Position numbers and translations under genes: made by a program
Part shown: positions 1 to 12,400 of the stretch, piece after piece
Position numbering within the stretch: the stretch's first letter is position 1
Layout: every line of letters begins with the position of its first letter
Origin: Macrostomum lignano
Taxonomy: Eukaryota
DNA length: 64,000 bases
NCBI GenBank assembly: GCA_002269645.1
Contig: NIVC01001134.1
Location: forward strand, 124,001 to 188,000
Direction: 5' to 3'
The notes under the pieces: model-generated
What the model was told of the DNA's origin: nothing
Database searches by the model: none
What the model saw: the letters and a program-made list of their open reading frames with translations, nothing else

Positions 1-670
1 TTAGATGAATGATTCTTTAGATGGGGGTTATTTGAACGGGGGTTCTTTAGATGAGGGGATTCTGGATTCTTTGGCCAATTATGCTTTTGATGGGGGATTA
101 TTTAAGGATGTGAATTATTTAGAGGGGGATTTTTTGGAGAAGGAATTTTTTGGATATGGATGGTTAAGGTGATTACTTAGATAGGAATGGATGGGGAAAT
201 TCTTTGGATAGGGATGAATAGGAGGATTCTTGGATAGGGATGGATGGGGGATTGTTTAGATAGGGATGGATGGGCGATTCTTTGGATAGGGATGGGTGGG
301 GGATTCTTTGGATAGAGGGTTTCTGTGGATGAGGGATTTCTTGAATAAGGGATTCATTGGACGGGGAATTCTTCAGATGGGAGGATTCCTTGAATGGGGA
401 ATTCTTCGGATCGGGGATTCTATCAATGGGATGGGATGGGGATGGGACGGGAAGGATTGGTATTCTTTGCATGTGAGATTCTATGGATGGGCGATTCATT
501 AAATAGGGAATTCTACAGATAGAGGATTCCTTGAATGGGGAATTCTTCGGATCGGGGATTCTGTCGATGGGGGGTTCTTTGTATGGGATTCTTTGGATGA
601 GGGTTTTTTGCACGTGAGATTATTTGCATCAGGGACTTTATGGATTAGAGATTCTTTGGATGGGGGGGGG
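1..670. repeat. Degenerate GGAT/GGGATTCTT-rich low-complexity repeat
   Basis: Recurring GGGATTCTTTGGAT(A/G)G variants. Confidence 0.7.
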
Positions 671-1087
671 GGGTTCAGTTGGGTGAATTTCTTTTGCGTG
701 GGAAAACTTTGGTAGGAGTTCTGACGGAAAGCCCCAACGGGGGTTGGAATTGGCTAGTCCCTCCTCATCCAGACCAACTCTGCGTCGCGTGGCGCAAGTT
801 GCATCACTCAAAAGTCAAAACTGAGCTGGAATTTAATGTTGTTGAGTATATCTATCTTTTGTCACCCTCTCCCCCCTACTGCATCTCTCCCTGCCTCTCT
901 CCTGCCTCTTCCCTGCTTCTCTACACATCTCTTAGTACGCGGCTTAAGGCTTATCCGCGTTTACTCCAACACTATACAAACAAGAGAAATTCTCTAGCGC
1001 ATGAGGACGGTGATAAATAAAAAACAATATAGTGCTTATTTTAAGGACGAACAGCTTTACACAGGCTTGGGTTAATTTCTTAATCTG

Positions 1088-1260
1088 GAGAGGCAGGGGG
1101 AGAGGCAGGGAGAGAGGCAGGGAGAGAGGCAGGGAGAGAGGCAGAGGGAGAGGCAGGGAGAGAGGCAGGGAGAGAGGCAGGGGGAGAGGCAGGGAGAGAG
1201 GCAGGGAGAGAAGCAGGGAGAAAAGGCAGGGAGAGAAGCAGGGAGAGAGGCAGAGAGAGA
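1088..1260. repeat. 12-bp tandem repeat (GGCAGGGAGAGA)n
   Basis: Direct reading. Confidence 0.9.
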
Positions 1261-1378
1261 CCATAATAGTGTCACTGTTATAGCACCCTCTGCCGTCACC
1301 CTTCTGTCACTCTGTGCTGTAACCCTTCCGTCACCCTTCTGGCACTCTAGACTATCACCCCGAAAAACCAAGTTTCAC

Positions 1379-2347
1379 CCGCTCGAGTCCGGCCGGGCCG
1401 TTCCGGAACGGCGCCGTCACCGCTGCTGCCGTCGCCGCCGACGCCGAAAGTCTCCCGGGTGAGGCTGGACAGCGCACCGCGCCAGGCACTACAGGACTCG
1501 GACTTATCCTTAGCCAGCAGCCGAGAAAACTGCTCAAGGTGCTCAGGTTTCGCCAGACCGTTGAGCTGCTCGCTGGGCTTGGCAGCGGCCGCGCGCAGCA
1601 CTTCCGGCCGGGCTGTCGGGTAGCAGCTGAGCGGATTTCCAGCAAGTTTAATTGAAGATCAGCTAAACTCTCAATGTACTGCTTTTACTACTGGTAATTA
1701 GTGTCTGTCAGTAGTGCGCAAAAAATTAAAAAGTAAAATTCTTTAAATTTAATTTCAATTTTGGTTTTTAACGAATATTTAGTAATGATACTGGACAGCG
1801 AATTGAACTCATCTGGTGAGCAGGAATTCAGAGTCGCACCCACGAACAGGTACTCAGCACCCACGAACAGGTACTCAGCACCCACGAACAGGTAATCAGC
1901 ACCCACGAACAGGTACTCAGCACCCACGAACAGGTACTCAGCACCCACGAACAGGTACTCAGCACCCACGAACAGGTAATCAGCACCCACGAACAGGTAA
2001 TCAGCACCCACGAACAGGTACTCAGCACCCACGAACAGGTAATCAGCACCCAAGGAACTCAGCACCAAAGGTACTCAGCACCAAAGGAACTCAGCACCAA
2101 GGGAACTCAGCACCAAGGGAACTCAGCACCAAAGGAACTCAGCACCAAGGGAACTCAGCACCAAAGGAACTCACACGTGCAGATGCAGCGGCATTTGATC
2201 ATCGACCACGCTGGGCACCTGGCAGCCGTGCAGGGAGCTGATGTGGACGCACCTGTGTGGGTGCGGGTTATGCCGGGTGTTGATGGCGGGTAATTCGAAA
2301 CGACCGTCAGCGGACCCGCCCGAACCTGATCGAGTTGACTGGGCCAT
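1379..2347 (-). CDS. TBATA: TBATA/SPATIAL-like protein, 5' part (exon 1 2347-2175, exon 2 1626-~1379; 3' end uncertain)
   Basis: ATG at 2347 with an in-frame upstream stop; GTGAGT donor at 2174 (phase 2) joins in frame to a CAG acceptor at 1627. Product MAQSTRSGSGGSADGRFELPAINTRHNPHPHRCVHISSLHGCQVPSVVDDQMPLHLHVCYPTARPEVL...SESCSAWRGALSSL. RHNPHPxRxxHI..LxG..V..VxDD and SxAWRxxL resemble recalled SPATIAL-family motifs (RHHPHPQHVTHIQDLTGKPVCVVRDE; SEAWKKEL). Confidence 0.6.
1838..2172. repeat. 21-bp minisatellite (CACCCACGAACAGGTACTCAG) grading into CACCAAGGGAACTCAG variants, in the TBATA-like intron
   Basis: Direct reading. Confidence 0.9.
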
Positions 2348-3617
2348 TCTGGGCAGGTGCGCTGGTTGAAGCTTTTAGGTCTGCGCATGGCTGCTGCGCT
2401 CGCGCTCACATTTATGAAGCAGAGGAGTGAGACATTTGCAAAAATACGAACACAGAGAGACAGAGGGGCATGGAAGCTGGAAAACAAGAGTCGCGGAGTT
2501 CAGAGCATAGATGCCTGGGTGTCTGCAATCTGGTTTGTTTCCAATCCAGATGCCAAAGTCCACCTGGGTCTCCATGCCTCTGTCTGACGCACCTGTTATC
2601 TGCAGCCGTCCCTCTTTTATTTTTTAAACTTCGCGCATAGATGGCCACTGTAGACGCCAAGCAGTTTGCAGTATAATGCCTTCCATTTAGTAAAGTCTTC
2701 AATGTGTCTGGATGCTTTTTCTGATTCTCTTTTGCTTGCGAACTAAACAATTAAGTGGCTCTGATTCTCGTTAACACTCATGAGGCCCTTTTATCACCAT
2801 AAGCACTAGCGCATTTGGTGCCTACTAAAGCTAACGCAATTGTGGAGGTCATAAAATTCTATTTTAAAGTGTATTTTAATAATCATTGATAGTCTTTGAA
2901 CAGTTATTGGGCCCGTTAAAGTAATTATAGTCTCGGACTAATTTTCACCAGTCTCTCCTCCCGATACATAGAGGTTCTCTCTCTCAAGCTGCAGCCCCGC
3001 TCTTGACGAACAATTTGTCAGTTTCAACATCCGGGAATTTTTTGTTCCATTGATTCAATCAGCTCAAGTTTGACATGGCTTGAAATGCGTGGCCTGTGAT
3101 GCTCGCCCTCCTGCCCTTGCTTGGTGGGCCTTGTGCTTCAGCAACCGCGCCATCGGCGCATCCTGCAGTGTCTTGAGTTTTCGGCCGTTAATTACTCATT
3201 GCCCGAATTTCTGACACTTTCAGGTGAATTTGAATTTTCTGAGTTCAACTGGTTCATTGCCGCTCCCTTTTGAGTGCAATGGTTGAGGCTAAGTGGTCCT
3301 AAGTGGCTAAGGTACATCCATCATCGATTCGTTCCCTGCCTTCTTCATCTCTTAATTTAACTGTAAGAGAAAATTTGCTAGGTAAAATGTATGCTCACTC
3401 GTACGAGCTAGTTTCATCATAGGAAAGATATGAGCCAATGTAATATAGAACAACATTTGCCTGGGAGTACTAGCTCAATATATATTTATAAATAGCTTGC
3501 ATTATGGTTGTGCACGCGGCCTGGACCCGTGAATAACTCTGCGCGTCCCCTGTAATCCCTTTGCCATCCGAGTTGGACAAAACCCACGCAAGTAGAATGA
3601 GGCAGGCTAGCATTTGA

Positions 3618-3912
3618 AATGCAAAATTATTCAATTACATAACTAAGTGGAGCGGGGGGTATCAGAATTTGTTGGGGTATCAGAATTAATATCATAATAC
3701 AACTTAATCAAACCACCACAAATTAAACTTCAGTTCTAGTATCTAAGTAATCTATATATCAAGTCTTGCTAATTTTATCATGGGATAAAAATCTAACAGG
3801 GATACAAAAGTAGAACTTCTGCCCCTATAGATTAGGAATTGGTAGCTACATGTAGCTTTAAAAGGCCATAATTACCGCTCCACTTAGTTAAGTAATTTAA
3901 CAATTTTGCATT
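3618..3912. mobile_element. MITE-like element with 38 bp inverted repeats
   Basis: AATGCAAAATTATTCAATTACATAACTAAGTGGAGCGG (3618-55) matches the reverse complement of 3875-3912 with 3 mismatches. Confidence 0.55.
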
Positions 3913-5032
3913 AAAAATTTAAGAGAAAGCCGAACTGCTCTTTTTGAATTGATTCAGTTAATCTTGGCACCTCATTAACCCACCCCATTCACAAAATCGA
4001 ATTTTAAGTTCGCCCAGACAACAGAGAGTATTAATTAACACTACCTTTCTTTAAGATATCACCACCTGTGACTGGGATCCAATACAATTGACCTGAGGTA
4101 TACTTCAAAGTGAGTAATTACATCTGAAAAGTGAAAAAGTTGAGTCTGCTAGTTGTGTATTGTGCTAATCACTGAGTCAAATAATTTTTCTTTAGTTGAG
4201 CAAGGTCTGAGCTCGATCAATGAGTCGTAATGTAATCCGAAAATTTGAATTATTTATCGCGCCGATTCACTACAACAAATTCAAAACCTCCCGAGCTGAA
4301 AAAGAACTGAAAAAGCATAAAAATTTCATTAAAACTTTCTTTTTGTGCCCAAAATTAAAGAGTATGTAAAATATATACATTTAAAAATCTCTCTTGTAAA
4401 AAGAACTCCTGAACCTACGATTTCGAAACACAATTTTTTTTTTCGACGAAATGATGATTAGACATTAGACAAGCAGCAGCTTATTTTGCAGCAGCAGAAC
4501 CACTGGCAATTTTTAACATTTCTAGCTTCTAATTTTACTATCTCTAAATGAACTGTTATAAATAGACATATCTCTACATAAACATAAAGAATACACTCAA
4601 TAAGACTTTAGTTCACACAGAATCACATGAAAAATATAATTGAATTGAATTGAATTATTTGAATAATAGGCCTATAGTATACTATAGTATAGACCTATTT
4701 TTTGTTTCGCCAGTTGTTTCATTTACAGATACTTTAGTAACATTGGTTTAAGTCTATTTTTAAGTTACAATATTTAGTTACTAGGCCTAGGATCTAAAGT
4801 TTAGTAGGGTCTATGAAAAGCAAATAGTAATATTAAATAAGTAATTTTGTTAAATTATATAATGTATTATATACAAATTTTATTAAGTATTTTATATTAA
4901 ATAAAAACATATATTATATATATTATATTATGTAATATACTACATTGTATACTATAGGTCTATTTGTGGCAATCTTACATTTTTGTTCAATAATTTTGCT
5001 TCAAATTTGTGCTTAGCAAACAATTATAAGAA

Positions 5033-6366
5033 CTTGGCAATTTTCCTCTTTCGTTCATTAAATTAATTTTTCATTTGAACATGAACAGTACTAACTTTAA
5101 ATGATAAAAAACAATAACAGTATGTTGTAAAAACCTTCGTAGTATTTAGAAAAGCATGAAATTGAAATTACACCAAGGCATATAAGAAAGTGAAGCAACA
5201 ATTGTCTTTTAGCAACTGTCTATAGTTAAAACTGTGGGGATATCACTAGAAAACTAAAAGGGGTATGAAGAAAATAATTTGTCCTAATAATCCTACTTAG
5301 GGAGGCTGTAGGCCTAGCCTAGCGGTAGCACAGCTACTCTAGTGTGCTAGCAACCTAGGCTTGATTCCAAGTGCAGTCACATTAATTTGTGGCTGAATTG
5401 GAATCTTGGCTTGGCTCTGATTGTACAATTTATGGCCTTAAAAGCCAACTCCCCAAGGTGTAGTAAAGTGTATATGCCTAATGATAATATAAAGTTAGGG
5501 CCATTGTATACTTCTATATGAGTGTGTGCCTGTATATGTATCCGTGTGCTTGTATGCCTGCTTAGGGGAGTCAGCGGAATGGGCAGTAATGCCTCTTGCC
5601 AGTTCTATGCCTATGTCACTTAAAGTTTGCCAGGGTGCACACAACCCCCTGCCTTTAATATAAAAATCCTATTTCTTTCACCAAAAGTACCACTAAGGTA
5701 CTGGCTTAGACAATGGGTACTAGGCATGTTTGAACAATGATGAACATGGTGCCAAGAAGTGTGTGATGATTGCTGTTCCTAACTGCACTGCTGCAATGCT
5801 GCTACCTTTAATTCAATGCCACATTCTCCCTGGTACACATATGTTTATTAATAGATAGCAAGCATATACCCAGCTCCAGAATCATGCTGCTGTCAACTAC
5901 CAGCTCTCATTCATCAATCCTCAAGACCCAACTATGCATACAAACCTCATCAAGGGGACATGGGTACACTATAAGGCAAAATTCCAAGCTATGCATGGTC
6001 CTCTTTAAGTCATCTTGAGGAATTCATGTGAGGCGGAAAATATACCTATAAACATCTTTGGCAACATACTCTTTAGGATTGCCCACTATTACCCCTATAA
6101 ACCAAACTTCAAACTTTTGACTTTTGAACTTCATTATGTTTTCTAGTGATATCTAGTATCCTTGCAGTTTTAACCATAGACAGTTGCTAAAAGACTATTG
6201 TTGCTTTACTTTCTAACATGCATTGGCACAATTTCAATTTCATGCTTTTCTAAATGCTATGAAGGTTTCCATAACATACTGTTATCATTTTTTGTTGTTT
6301 AAAGTTAGTACTGTTTATGTTTAAACAAAAAATTAATTTAATGAACAAAAGAGGAAAATTGCCAAG
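5033..6366. repeat. Diverged ~225 bp inverted repeat pair (5033-5254 / 6138-6366), probably a decayed TIR element
   Basis: Manual alignment shows the arms are collinear reverse complements with substitutions and one small indel. Confidence 0.85.
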
Positions 6367-9300
6367 AACTCCTATATAGTGAAACAAATATTTACAAGTA
6401 TATATCTTTCTTCATTTAAAAGGATAGAATTGACATTAGACATGGCTTAATTAGACTATTGACTATTGTGGCATAGTCTAATGTTTAAGCCTTACAGTTT
6501 ATTTCATGCTTAGAGTTAAGCCTAGCCTATACTACAGGAAAACTGATTGTTTGAGCCTAGAAATAGTATGGTTGATGGGGCTTTGATATGACATTAGGCG
6601 CCTAGTAGGCTCATCAAATGAAAGTTATGTTTATGTATAGTATAGTATAAGGGATGCTCTATTATAAATTCAATAGGAATGCCTATATTGAAAGCCTAAA
6701 GATTTTAGTTCCAGAGGGATTTTGAAAGTGGTTACTTTAGTATTTTAATTCTATTTGATAAATTTCATTTGCCTACTAAATAAAGTAAAAATACAATTAT
6801 TTTTGAAAATAATTTTAATAATAAGAAATAAAAATATAATTAATATTTTTATATCTTTAGTTTTAATTTTTTTTGCAATATATTTTGCTTATCCTATGTA
6901 ATTTAAGTTTTTTGTCTTTTGTTTATAGATGAAAAAATCTATTGGAGAACTACCTTATGCCTAATTGCTACCACACCCCAGATCATATTGTATATGCCCA
7001 AAATTTGAGTGTGCATTGGCCTTGTGCGCCAAAAGTTGGCATGCACAATTAGCATGCAAAATTCCTAAGAAAAAAGTATGTGTGCACACCTGGCATACAC
7101 TTATAGAATTATGCAGAAGAGTTAGTGGTAAGCTCATTAATAATATAATAAAACAAAATTTTGTGCATATTAATTATCTGCTATAAATAATAAAGACAAG
7201 AAAGGTAAATAATCAACCTAATTATCAGTTTAAAAAGGTTCTTTATGCAATACAAAATGTTCATCAAGGCCTTAGTGCTGTAGGCACTAGTTAGCAAGGC
7301 TGAATAGGCAAACAAAGCAGGTTCAAGAGAGAGTTATCTCTTTAAGATATTTTTTGCATTTATAAATAATCATTAAACATGGTAGACTATTTTGAAAAAA
7401 ACTTTTAGGTGAGAAAATATAAAATATGAATAATATTGCAATATAGGTTATTCAGATATATTCAAGTAGCTCTTTTATTAGAAAAAGGTAGAGATATTTT
7501 CATGAGTAAAAACGTATAATTTGTGTCTCTATTTCACAAAACAAGCATATACTACTAGAAAAAGGCATTTTTTCTAGTAGTATTTTTTCTAGTAGTACTG
7601 CATTTTTTAAATGAGTATTTTTCTAGGTTTTAGTCAGTATCTCCATTGGCAACTGATCTGAGTAGGGCCAGCCACACTCGTTGCCAAGCCACTAGACCAC
7701 AGTGTAGACATTGGCTCAGTTGACCCAGCTATGTTTAAATCAAACAGTGCATTTGCAACAATGCACTTCTAGACTGCAACAGCATGGGTGGTCAGCATCC
7801 ACTGTAATGTCTAGATAGTGGAGCAAAGGTCCTCTCATATAGGAAATGGCCTTGAACCATCCATGCGCTATCGCCCTACTTGCACCAAATAGAGTTGGAT
7901 CTCTGTGACTAGTTAGCGATGCTTGATGTGACAATGCTCTAGCATTATTGCAGTGGCTATCTTGCTATATCTTGCTATAATTGCCACTGATTTTGTGGAG
8001 TGGTTCTAGCTTGGACACATCTCACATTAATGGCAGGATCTCAGTTGGGGTTTCTTGTTTTGCTAGCAACCTGGTCGTAGCCTGATGCTGGGGTTGCCTT
8101 TTGTAGGTTGATGGTGGCATTACCAGAGGGGGTGACAATGGCTATTTAATAGGCAACCTTAGTTGTCATCTTGGGTCGTGGGATGATAAGGCTGTATATA
8201 TTGCTTGCTGTGATCCAAGATGGTGCATTCTTCTTGGGCATCTCACTGTGCAGCAGAACAATAGTCAATTTGCTATCTTTGGGCTGTCATGGTGCTATCG
8301 CAGGGGAAACATTAATTGGGACATCAGCCTACTATTTCAATAGCTTGGCCCAATCTTGGGGTGTTGTGGAAAGGGAGCAATCTGGGTGCACAACCACTAA
8401 GGATGGCTGCTCCTGGAGGATTGGGGCTAGTTCTCTGGCATTCCGGGGCTAGCAGTTCATTTTCAGTATCACTGTCTAACTCTCCTTTGTCACTGGCACT
8501 TAAATAGACTCAGCTCATCTTGTAGATGCTTCAGTTTGTCAGCTTTGGCAGTCATTGGAAGTAATTGGATTGGGGAGTAAAAGAATTTGGGATAGATAGC
8601 AATGGAGAGCAAAATTTGATTGTTGTGTAATCTTAGTTTGAAGTGTTTGACTTTAAACTTTATAATTTAGCATTTGATTGCACTTTATCAGCCTGATTAA
8701 TACCATCAATTGCAACATTATTTAGCCTGCTTTCTTTAACAAAGTTATCTACCTAGGACAGAAAGCTATGTTTTGTCCTGCTTCTTATTGACCTTGTTGA
8801 TGACATTTTGCCTAAAAATAGAAATCTAAATAAATCCTATAAAACGTTTTTTTCTGTAAGATGTTATGCCCTAATAGCAAAATGGATAATATAAAGCTTA
8901 TGAAAGTACCTATTTAAACAAAATCCAAGCCTATCATCATACTTAACAAGCAGAAAAGTGAAGTGGTAAAAAAGCTACTAGAAAATAGAATTTCATAAGT
9001 ATATATAATATATTATTAAGAGTTTAAAAGCAATTTATCTTATGTTAAACATCCAAATAAAATCATGATAATGGGCCAAGCATAAGATAAAAAACGAATA
9101 GTTCAAAATTACCAAAAAAATTGAAACTTTATTTGTCTGGTCCACTAAAGCCAGTCTGCCCTATTGAGTCATTATATATAAGACTAAATAGTAAAAGTAA
9201 AAAATGTATTTTGATTCTATGTATTTGATCATGATGTATAATCAAACTATATGCTTTGTGAATTTTAGTTGGTAAACGTTTGAAAATTTCTGTTTAATGT

Positions 9301-9451
9301 TTGAAATAAGCATATCAGTTGCTGAGAGTAAATTAAAAATATTCTACTTTAGATGCTACGAGTACTAAAAGTAGAAATACATAAGCTGCCATACAAATGG
9401 GTACAGAGAAGGTCATATGGCTGTTATACGAGCTATTGATTAATTTTGTGC

Positions 9452-12400
9452 ATGCCTCCTACACGCAGCAGCGTACAGCACTTTGGCTCCATCAATTGCG
9501 CTAGCAAGCTGTACAGACCTGGTGGCCATCTTCGGCCTGCTCTCCCTCTCAGCTAGGCCAGCAGACTGTCAAAGCGGCAATCATTGCGTCAAACAATTCA
9601 CAGAGCCGGCTGGCTTTTGACAAGTTCAACCGGGGCACCGACGACGTCTGGGATGCCAATGATGAGGAGTTTCTCAGCCAGGTACAGCACTCGGCTTCAT
9701 TGGCTAGCGCCACCGCTAATCAGGTAATTAGCAGTGATGCAATATATATGATCAACCCATTGAAAACGTTACCATGACGAGAATTGCTAAAGAGTCCTTG
9801 TAAACAACTCACGACTCAAACTATTGTAATGCGATGGAGAGGCGATTGTTGAGTCACGAGTGCATCACGTGAGTTGTAGAATAAATTCTATATTCTCATT
9901 AAACCCAAGTAGGCTAAATAGAGTTGTTATAAATGCGCTTTAGAATCAACTCAGTGATTTTACAGCGACTCCGGCACGCCTCAGATACGACTCAACGGAC
10001 CCAGAGTCAGTATAAAAGCGCCCCAGAGTCGCAGACAATTAAACGCCAAAAATTGAATCTTAGGCGACTCTCTTTGGCGACTTTTACTTTTTCCTTTTAC
10101 CTGTTTTAACATGCAACGACTCTGAAAGGTTTCTATGACGACGCAAATGATTCTGGGACGCTTCTTGACCTGGATACCAATTTCAGGCCACGTTAATTTT
10201 AGGGCTCCCGTGTTGTTGAATCCTCCATAAGAGGTTGCTGGGCAATTAGTTCTCGGAACGGGTCAGCGCCAGTTGAGGATGCCGCTTGCTATATTTATAG
10301 CCGCGCACCCGCAGGTGATTGAGAATCATCGCCGATCGGTTGGCAGCAGCAGCAGCAAGGCGACTCCTTCAGTCGCATCTTCTGCTCAATCTGCCAAAGA
10401 ACTGCAGCAGCAGCAGCAGCAGCAGCAACCACAACAGCAACGGCAGCAGCCAAACCGAGCAAAACCGAAGCTTCCAGCGCCCGGTCTAGGCGTCCGTCAG
10501 AGTGGCTATTCGACAGCTCAGATTCACAGCATCTATTGCGCCCACCGTAGACTATCAGAGGACGCTGGCGGCGGCGGCAGTAACGCTAGCGGCGGCAAGT
10601 CGGCCGACACAGTTGAGAAGGAGTCGAAATTCGCCTCCCTGATAGGCGCTGCCGCCACTAATATGGACGAGCTGCGCCGGCTGGCCTGGTCGGGCGTCAC
10701 TCATACTGTGCGCCCGATTGTGTGGAAACTGCTCATTAAATATGCACCGGTGAATTCCTCTAGGCGGGCCGCGGTGCTTCAAGAGAAACGACGAATGTAC
10801 GCTGGCATGGTTGACGAATACTATGGCAAGAGAACTCAGCCGGCTAACGACGGCATGTACAAGCAGATATTGAAGGATTTGGTGCGCATGACTGTGCTGG
10901 CTGAGCATACTCAGTTTCATCAGGTAATAGTTTATGGCACCTACCATGTCGATGCGTGTCTTAAATGGTTTCCTTAAACTTAGTTATAAAGAGATTGGAT
11001 TGCAAAATTTGAGAATGAGTATGATTTAGGCATGCTCAATTTAAACTGAGTATTAGTTTAGTTTTGGCACTTTCAAAATCAGGCATGGAATGTAGACAAA
11101 TGACAAGTAGTTATTGTACAGTATAGTCTATGGTCCGCGGCATGACTGTACTTTAGTGGTGTGGAATTATTGACAGTATAGTCTATGGTCCGCGGCATGA
11201 CTGTACTTTAGTGGTGTGGAATTATTGACAGTATAGTCTATGGTCCGCGGCATCACTGTACTTTAGTGGTGTAGAATTATTGTACAGTATAGTCTATGGT
11301 CTGCGGCATCACTGTACTTTAGTGGTGTAGAATTATTGTACAGTATAGTCTATGGTCTGCGCGAATTCGCATGACTGTACTTTAGTGGTGTGGTATTATT
11401 GTACAGTATAGTCTATGGTCCGCGGAATCACTGTACTTTAGAGGTGTAGAATTATTGTACAGTATAGTCTATGGTCCGCGGCATGACTGTACTTTAGTGG
11501 TGTAGAATTATTGTACAGTATAGTCTATTGTCCGCGGAATCACTGTACTTTAGTGGTGTAGAATTATTGTACAGTATAGTCTATGGTCCGCGGAATCACT
11601 GTACTTTAGTGGTGTAGAATTATTGTACAGTATAGTCTATGGTCTGCGCGAATTCGCATGACTGTACTTTAGTGGTGTGGTATTATTGTACAGTATAGTC
11701 TATGGTCCGCGGAATCACTGTACTTTAGAGGTGTAGAATTATTGTACAGTATAGTCTATGGTCCGCGGCATGACTGTACTTTAGTGGTGTAGAATTATTG
11801 TACAGTATAGTCTATGGTCCGCGGAATCACTGTACTTTAGTGGTGTAGAATTATTGTACAGTATAGTCTATGGTCCGCGGCATGACTGTACTTTAGTGGT
11901 GTAGAATTATTGTACAGTATAGTCTATGGTCTGCGGCATGACTGTACTTTAGTGGTGTAGAATTATTGTACAGTTTTGACCCACTGGATCGTTGCGAGAG
12001 GGGTCACTGATGATTGGGGTGGGCTATTAGTATCGGTAAAACGTAAAAGTAATTATATATATATATTTGAAAATTTAACAAACGTGCAGTAGCTCAGACT
12101 AGTAGAAATTTTCCATTGAATTTAGCTATTTCTCACCTCATTTTAATTTACCGTTTGCCAGGTGTTCGCCCGAATACTATTCATCTGGAGCATGCGCCGA
12201 CCGGCGAGCACCTACGTGCAGGGCATGAACGACCTTGTAACGCCATATTTCATAGTTTACCTATCCGAATATTGCACTGTAGACGTTGATTCGAGCGATC
12301 GTTTGAGATTGCGCGGCGAGCCGCCGAACGATAGTGAATTAGCCAGCATCGAGGCAGACTGCTATTGGTCCCTGTCGGCACTGCTGGACACCATACAGGA

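Noticed and set aside
2412-3250. Minus-strand ORF fragments (e.g. 2412-2750) as a transposase or gene
   Set aside because: Short, stop-interrupted, and no motif I can recognise; left unassigned.
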